Positions 9,701 to 13,574 of a stretch of 13,574 nucleotides of DNA are shown piece by piece; positions within the stretch are counted from its first letter, which is position 1, and every line of letters begins with the position of its first letter. The stretch covers positions 1-13,574 of the forward strand of contig JAFGOA010000158.1 in NCBI GenBank assembly GCA_016926735.1, read 5' to 3'. The notes below the pieces were generated by a model. It worked only from the letters and a program-made list of their open reading frames with translations. It did not search any database and was not told the DNA's origin. Position numbers and translations under genes: made by a program. This DNA is from Promethearchaeota archaeon (lineage in GTDB: Archaea > Asgardarchaeota > Lokiarchaeia > Sigyniarchaeales > SOKP01).

Positions 9701-11256
9701 TTTAATCCATATCCATTATTTTCACTGAGAATACTATCGTAGATTTTTCCAATTTGACTTTTATATATCTCTATAGCATAAGTTTCTTGATTTGTTACAG
9801 ATAGATCAGAAAGATCATAATTATCACACCAATATAACCTTATTCCTATATCTCCATTCGATACTGAAACATTCCTTATTATTGGATTATCACAAAAATG
9901 TAGGTGAATACCAACAGAGCAATCTTTGAAAATAAAATCTTCTAATATCGGATTAGAACAATTAACAAGTATAATTTGACCTGCATTCGGAAAATCGGCA
10001 CTTGTTAGTCCAGGTATTCTAAAGAAAAAATATATTGGTTTATCATTTATCGTATTATTCGTAGAAAGAATTAAATCATCAAGATTGTCATCCTCATTCC
10101 AAGCTCCAAAATCCCAATCTATTCCACTTCCATATAATGTATTTTCATATATCTCAATACCGCCGAAAGGATCAAAATAAATTCCATATTCGGTATTATT
10201 GATAAAAATATTTTTATTGATAATTATATTAAAGGAGCCACCTTCAGAGATTATACCAATTTGATTATAATCAATTGTATTTTCATATACATCAGTATCA
10301 TCAGAATGATCATCAAGATCAATTCCATAGTTATTATAGCTCACATTGTTATAGTAGATATCATTCCAACGACCATTACCTAGTAATCGAATACCATAAT
10401 TGTTATCTATAATTGTATTATTATATATCTCATTGTTAGAACACCGTTCATGTAAAAAAAGACCATTAGCACCATTACCTATTAGATCATTATATCTAAT
10501 GATGTTATTTTCACAATAATTATATAAATAAATAGCATGATCCTCGGAATCAATTATTCTGTTTCCTTCAATTAGATTATAGTTACAATTATTTTCAATT
10601 GATAATGTTGAAACTATAAGACCTGGATAATGACTATATATGCGTGTTAAATTATTATATAGAATCCGATTTTCATTACAATAATTTATGATTCTAATTC
10701 CATATCGGATAGCATAGGTTGTTCCTGTAATGGAATTATCTAATATTGTATTGTTATTGCAATTCGAATACAATAAAATACCATTTCTTTGATTACTAGA
10801 TAACAATGTATTATTTTTAATGATACCATTACTTGTATTAACAAGTTTAATCCCAGCATTCCAATCATCAGTATATCCCCAAAAGGCTGTATGAGAAAGG
10901 GTACAATTCTCTATTTTAAAAATTGCATTAGAATTTTGGATTTTTATACAATATTCAGTACCACCACCATCAATAATAAGATCTTCAATAACATAAGGGT
11001 TTCCCCAAGTTCCTTCACCGCTGCACCATGTTTGCGTTTTTGCCCATGACCAATTATGAGCTCCTACTCCAGTGGCAGTAGCATCAATAAAAATAGGGGA
11101 TTCTGTAGCTGAATTATTAATATTCCTATTTTCACTTTCTTCACTAATGTTTTGGAATTTGAAAATATTTTCAACACTAAATAGAATACTTGAAAATAAT
11201 AATATAGAAATTATAACTCCAAACCTAACTAATGGTTTCTGATTTGATTTTTTCAT
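6763..11256 (-). CDS. Large single-pass membrane protein with NosD/right-handed parallel beta-helix repeats, 1497 aa
   Basis: Signal-peptide-like N-terminus (MKKSNQK + hydrophobic stretch); cap 'SGEGTWGNPYVIEDLIID'; dozens of 22-24-aa 'N.I..N...GI.L' coils; NosD C-terminal motif 'WDNGEFGNYWDDY.G.D.D...IGDTPY.I...SID.FPL'; Pro-rich linker; TM helix ILPMIGIIFAIIAAISLIALGLI (~7254-7186) followed by a Lys-rich stop-transfer segment and a ~140-aa tail. Confidence 0.9.
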   Translation of the reverse strand: MKKSNQKPLVRFGVIISILLFSSILFSVENIFKFQNISEESENRNINNSATESPIFIDATATGVGAHNWSWAKTQTWCSGEGTWGNPYVIEDLIIDGGGTEYCIKIQNSNAIFKIENCTLSHTAFWGYTDDWNAGIKLVNTSNGIIKNNTLLSSNQRNGILLYSNCNNNTILDNSITGTTYAIRYGIRIINYCNENRILYNNLTRIYSHYPGLIVSTLSIENNCNYNLIEGNRIIDSEDHAIYLYNYCENNIIRYNDLIGNGANGLFLHERCSNNEIYNNTIIDNNYGIRLLGNGRWNDIYYNNVSYNNYGIDLDDHSDDTDVYENTIDYNQIGIISEGGSFNIIINKNIFINNTEYGIYFDPFGGIEIYENTLYGSGIDWDFGAWNEDDNLDDLILSTNNTINDKPIYFFFRIPGLTSADFPNAGQIILVNCSNPILEDFIFKDCSVGIHLHFCDNPIIRNVSVSNGDIGIRLYWCDNYDLSDLSVTNQETYAIEIYKSQIGKIYDSILSENNGYGLNLGDSSNRTSITNVTANHNGYHGISIGSSHSIINNCTANFNGDNGFQISGNNITITNNYAFNNTDSGIEVFGSDFDIIISDNEFKFNIRNGIGLVYGTEGVNVSNNIIYGNIEDGIHGEYDAVNNIIFHNDIYNNKGHGISFGDESNDNKIINNSIYNSGLNGIYIYDNSLKNNITFNTIYNSGLNGIYIYSYSENTIIYGNIIDISRESGINIQSYSYNTSIIENSIYYSDKNGIILQYSGYANISSNEIHSNKLHSINIAQSGNNVISDNNMSNGAIFLQFGGNPTYIGTQQIDLTNHFNNKIIYYYKEQDGLTTTDFSNAGQIILYNCSNIEISNEDVSFGSIGISLFYCINAAIDNIISSFNVYDGIFVYNCSDIDITNSIMNNNSYGISIYDDYNINNYYFNISNNVIQYNSFGGIGSGKLYGSIISNNNICFNAFTIEDYYIYFTAIKSGIGLYTSSNNEFFLNNISYNYRYGLYFQTSINNKIISNIIENNTNNGITFDYGYMIENNIIRLNSIKYNLNNGISLDTECYNTIFILNNISLNKNHGIKFWGSIYGTNNNTITQNQIIDNGLDGIYLMEINDAIIIDNLIQSNGAHGLDVWGCENCTIYSNEIYYNDNNGIYVEYYSDWINISLNNIKYNLNNGIAVNQSSIYNNIEQNNISLNQNHGIYIWSSNSTSFDIIISNQIMNNGLNGIYTYEDLNITITYNLIQSNVNIGLFLNRCGNSTIYNNSFIGNSFNAMDNGIHYNAWDNGEFGNYWDDYMGQDLDNNSIGDTPYYILGTTGSIDNFPLMNPATKPEPPTPLGNNDDDNILPMIGIIFAIIAAISLIALGLIKQFSGKPNKKIKEPKLGTYSGTSEAEEISTQNIGNMAPSETQLIKPESYLNNDISLTHNKNYQAIVNQNPELKEYLETDKLISEIPEMKNFITTLSDPELMRKINLLGLTMEETGILIEDLVNLNPEERTLLIEKMLKNL
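7490..8160 (-). repeat. Intragenic ~120-aa (360-363 nt) duplication of beta-helix coils; boundaries approximate
   Basis: 'IKYNLNNGI...NNISLNKNHGIKFW...NQIIDNGLDGIY...NLIQSN...CENCTIY' recurs as 'IKYNLNNGI...NNISLNQNHGIYIW...NQIMNNGLNGIY...NLIQSN...CGNSTIY'; DNA anchors AGATTATATT at 7766/8129 and TAGATTGTAT at 7551/7911. Confidence 0.8.
9131..9239 (-). repeat. Tandem 72-nt-period repeat encoding IYNSGLNGIYIY twice
   Basis: 9131-9167 vs 9203-9239 match at 32/37 nt; the five differences leave the 12-aa peptide unchanged. Confidence 0.85.
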
Positions 11257-11825
11257 TGAACACCCTCCATTTTTCTATTAGGATAGTATTTTTCGTCTTT
11301 CTTTTCTATCTTACTTTTAATAAAATGATATTTTTGTAATAAAGTTAAATGCCAAATAGTTTTAAAAGGACTGATATCTAATTCAGTAGAGATATCAAAT
11401 AAAGTTAGACCTGGATTTTCATTTATAAATCTAAGAATTTTTTTTCGTTGAAAATACGCCAACACTTTTTCATGAGTTAATTTAGTTCCGATCAATAATT
11501 CTCCTTTATTAACCATATTTTTAAATACTCCTTCGATATGTAATCTTTCTAATTTCTTATTGTCATTGTGCATTCTATGTAAGATTTTCTCTATTGAAAG
11601 AATTTCTTTATCTAAAATAGTTGAAATCTTGTTTTTCAAATCATTTTCGATTTGAACTAAAGTATAGCTTTTCATTTTAATTAAAAATTTTTTTAAATTT
11701 AAGTTACTAAAAAAATTATTATTTCGTCTTATAAAATCAATTGGAATATGATTGAAATTTTCCATTTTCTTTGTTTCAATTATTATTTCAGGTATTATTT
11801 CAATATTAGATTTAATTATATTCAT
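11253..11825 (-). CDS. Winged helix-turn-helix protein (COG3398-like), short paralog, 190 aa
   Basis: 'RKKILRFINENPGLTLFDISTELDISPFKTIWHLTLLQKYHFIKS...KYYP' is a wHTH; its TGA overlaps the beta-helix ATG (ATGA, 11256-11253). Confidence 0.8.
   Translation of the reverse strand: MNIIKSNIEIIPEIIIETKKMENFNHIPIDFIRRNNNFFSNLNLKKFLIKMKSYTLVQIENDLKNKISTILDKEILSIEKILHRMHNDNKKLERLHIEGVFKNMVNKGELLIGTKLTHEKVLAYFQRKKILRFINENPGLTLFDISTELDISPFKTIWHLTLLQKYHFIKSKIEKKDEKYYPNRKMEGVQ
11261..11268 (-). promoter_or_regulatory. Shine-Dalgarno-like GGAGGGTG for the beta-helix gene
   Basis: - strand reads GGAGGGTG-TTCA-ATG; conspicuous G-rich motif in AT-rich DNA, inside the last codons of the upstream gene. Confidence 0.65.
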
Positions 11826-11826
11826 T

Positions 11827-12507
11827 TTAAAGGGAATTCACGAGTTTTAAAATATTTTTATCGATATTTGAATTAAATATATATCCTTTTTGTTTATCTT
11901 CATTTATTTTTTTTATCAAATCTAAATTTACTAATAACTCCAAATATTTTTTTAGAGTATTATAATGCATTTGTAAAGATTCTGATAAAAGTGTAGGTTT
12001 CATCGGTAGATTTTGCTCTTTTAAAAAATCTAAAATAATTTTAACTTTATCATTTCTTAGACTAATATTTAAGACATCGAATTTTGGATTGGAATTATAA
12101 GGAAAGAATGTTTTTTGAGCCTCATATTTCACAGATCTAATAAATTTAAAGCTAGATAATAATTCAAGATGCCATAGAGCTCTATTAGCTCCTATATCGA
12201 AATATATCATAATTTGATTTATATTTATCCCAGGATTTTGAATTATAAGATTATTAATTTCATTCCTAATCGGAATTTTTAAGATATCTTCTTTTATTAA
12301 TTTCTTTCCGATTAATATTTTCTGATTTTTTATAAATTTTTTTATAATAAGTTCTATTTTATTTCTATTAAAATCGGGATTTGATTTTAACCTATTAGCA
12401 ACAAAGTCAATTAAATCTTTAAGTTCTATTATTGGTTTTTTTTTTGTATATTCTTTTACCAATTGATATAATTCTTTTTCATCTTTGTCACTAAAAATTT
12501 TTATCAT
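11827..12507 (-). CDS. Multi-domain winged helix-turn-helix transcriptional regulator (COG3398-like), 226 aa
   Basis: wHTH 'RNEINNLIIQNPGININQI...GANRALWHLELLSSFKFIRS' and a second wHTH 'KIILDFLKEQNLPMKPTLLSESLQMHYNTLKKYLELLVNLDLIKK'; stop is 1 nt before the next ATG (TAA-A-ATG). Confidence 0.85.
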   Translation of the reverse strand: MIKIFSDKDEKELYQLVKEYTKKKPIIELKDLIDFVANRLKSNPDFNRNKIELIIKKFIKNQKILIGKKLIKEDILKIPIRNEINNLIIQNPGININQIMIYFDIGANRALWHLELLSSFKFIRSVKYEAQKTFFPYNSNPKFDVLNISLRNDKVKIILDFLKEQNLPMKPTLLSESLQMHYNTLKKYLELLVNLDLIKKINEDKQKGYIFNSNIDKNILKLVNSL

Positions 12508-12563
12508 TTTTGCTATTTTATATTAATTAAAGAATTAAATTTTCAAACTATACATCTAAAGAT

Positions 12564-12584
12564 AAGTATTTATTACCAATACTT
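12564..12584. promoter_or_regulatory. Perfect 7-7-7 palindrome AAGTATT-N7-AATACTT, candidate operator
   Basis: AAGTATT 12564-12570 and AATACTT 12578-12584, directly downstream (on -) of the candidate TATA box. Confidence 0.45.
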
Positions 12585-12585
12585 C

Positions 12586-12599
12586 TTATAAATTTTTTT
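12586..12599 (-). promoter_or_regulatory. Candidate BRE + TATA box for the wHTH-wHTH-beta-helix operon
   Basis: - strand AAAAAAA-TTTATAA (TATA 12592-12586, preceded by a purine run), ~80 nt upstream of ATG 12507. Other TATA-like words exist nearby. Confidence 0.4.
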
Positions 12600-12705
12600 A
12601 AGGTAAATATAGACAATATAACTAATAAGATTAGTATATTATTTATCTTAAAAATTTTTTTTTAAAAACATTATCTATGTAATTCATTTAAATTATCATT
12701 TTAAA

Positions 12706-13491
12706 CCGTGAGCTAGTAAAATTCATTTTTTTTTGTATAAATTATCTCATCCAAGTTCATTCCTCAACGATTGTTGGCTCATCGGCTAAAATTGAGGGTT
12801 AATTTTAAAAGTGACGCATTATTGTGTTAAACATGACAATTTTCTACAAGAAAAGTCTGCCGGTTTCAGCCGGGTTTAATAAAATTAATCCCCAATGCAT
12901 TAATCTTCAATTACTTATAGATATTTTGGAAATAATTCGAACTATAGTTAAGGAAGAACTGCCCCAAAAAAGAAGTGGCTATCCTTACGAGGTATTTGTA
13001 GTATATCAAGCATTCGTGCAGTTATTGCAACGCTCCCCTGAAAAGACCGGCGAATGGCTGAATGAAGCATGTAAGCAAGCGGGATATTCCTTTCAAGAAC
13101 ACGAAACTATGGAATTTTCGAATGGTAAGCAAAGATGATTTTTTCCGGACCAACCAGCATTATCTCGTTGTCTGAAACAAAAGAAGGCGCTGGCTTGTAC
13201 AGAAGCATTTTGGAACCATGTATTATTTGCGCACTTTTTAATCTTAAGACGCCTTGACATCATCAATTCTGACGTTATCCTAATTGCGAATTACACTGAA
13301 GAAAAATGCCAGAAGAATAAAGACGATCCTTACTGTTTTGGAACGAAAGAAGGCAAGACCAAGCATAAAACGCTCGCTTTTTCGGTGATTTCAAATGGGT
13401 TAGATCAGGTAATTGCAAACTTCAAGATCTACAAGCGTCAGGACAAGCTTCCACTTTTCGAAAAAGTCTTGGGTCTGCTAGGTTCTCACGC
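12706..13491 (+). mobile_element. Remnant insertion sequence (ISH3/IS4-like DDE); boundaries approximate
   Basis: GC jump: hand counts give 25/60 and 30/60 GC in the lines starting at 12961 and 13021 versus 8/60 at 12301; contains a transposase-like frame; no clean target-site duplication found. Confidence 0.6.
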
Positions 13492-13564
13492 ATATTATAA
13501 AATAAGACAATGTTGGACATTTATCTTATTTGAGTGTTCCGATGGTTGCGTCCTCGGAAGTTAA
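12833..13564 (+). pseudogene. DDE transposase pseudogene (ISH3/IS4-like), interrupted by TGA at 13136-13138 and truncated
   Basis: The frame stays open 141 codons past the TGA to TAA 13562-13564: 'KQR*FFPDQPALSRCL...DVILIANYTEE...FGTKEGKTKHKTLAFSVISNG...LFEKVLGLLGSH'. PDxxxLSR and hydrophobic-strand-[D]xT are IS4/IS5/ISH3-type motifs. ATG 12833 is preferred over GTG 12824. Family assignment is from motif recall only. Confidence 0.7.
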
Positions 13565-13574
13565 CAAGCAGAAG

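Noticed and set aside
6763-11256. Calling the large gene nosD (nitrous oxide reductase accessory)
   Set aside because: Only the fold is shared; it is far longer, membrane-anchored, and no nos genes are nearby.
12762-12797. CCTCAA...TTGAGG hairpin upstream of the transposase as an IS terminus
   Set aside because: 6-bp arms with an irregular interior and no matching partner in the window; too weak to call.
13136-13138. In-frame TGA as selenocysteine or a recoded stop
   Set aside because: Context is basic residues before a transposase-like motif, not a redox Cys site; other lesions indicate decay; downstream hairpins lack an AUGA/GA SECIS core; TGA is an ordinary stop for three genes in the window.

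Overview
Very AT-rich archaeal-type DNA; the gene families point to an Asgard (Lokiarchaeia-like) host, which is inference. + strand: a nitroreductase (13-573) and a YyaL/SSP411/SPATA20-family thioredoxin-domain protein (622-2718). Converging on them from the - strand is a complete heterodisulfide reductase cluster hdrC-hdrB-hdrA (6557-2935) with no adjacent mvhD. Upstream on the - strand is a translationally coupled three-gene unit: two paralogous winged-helix proteins (12507-11827, 11825-11253) followed by a 1497-aa single-pass membrane protein (11256-6763). That protein has a signal peptide, ~1300 aa of NosD-type beta-helix ectodomain, one TM helix and a ~140-aa cytoplasmic tail. A palindrome sits just downstream of the unit's candidate TATA box. 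This receptor-like protein plus regulator pair is the best candidate for an undescribed system. The window ends in a GC-richer, decayed ISH3/IS4-like DDE transposase (in-frame TGA, probable catalytic D>N, truncated). All calls are from reading the sequence; no searches were run.
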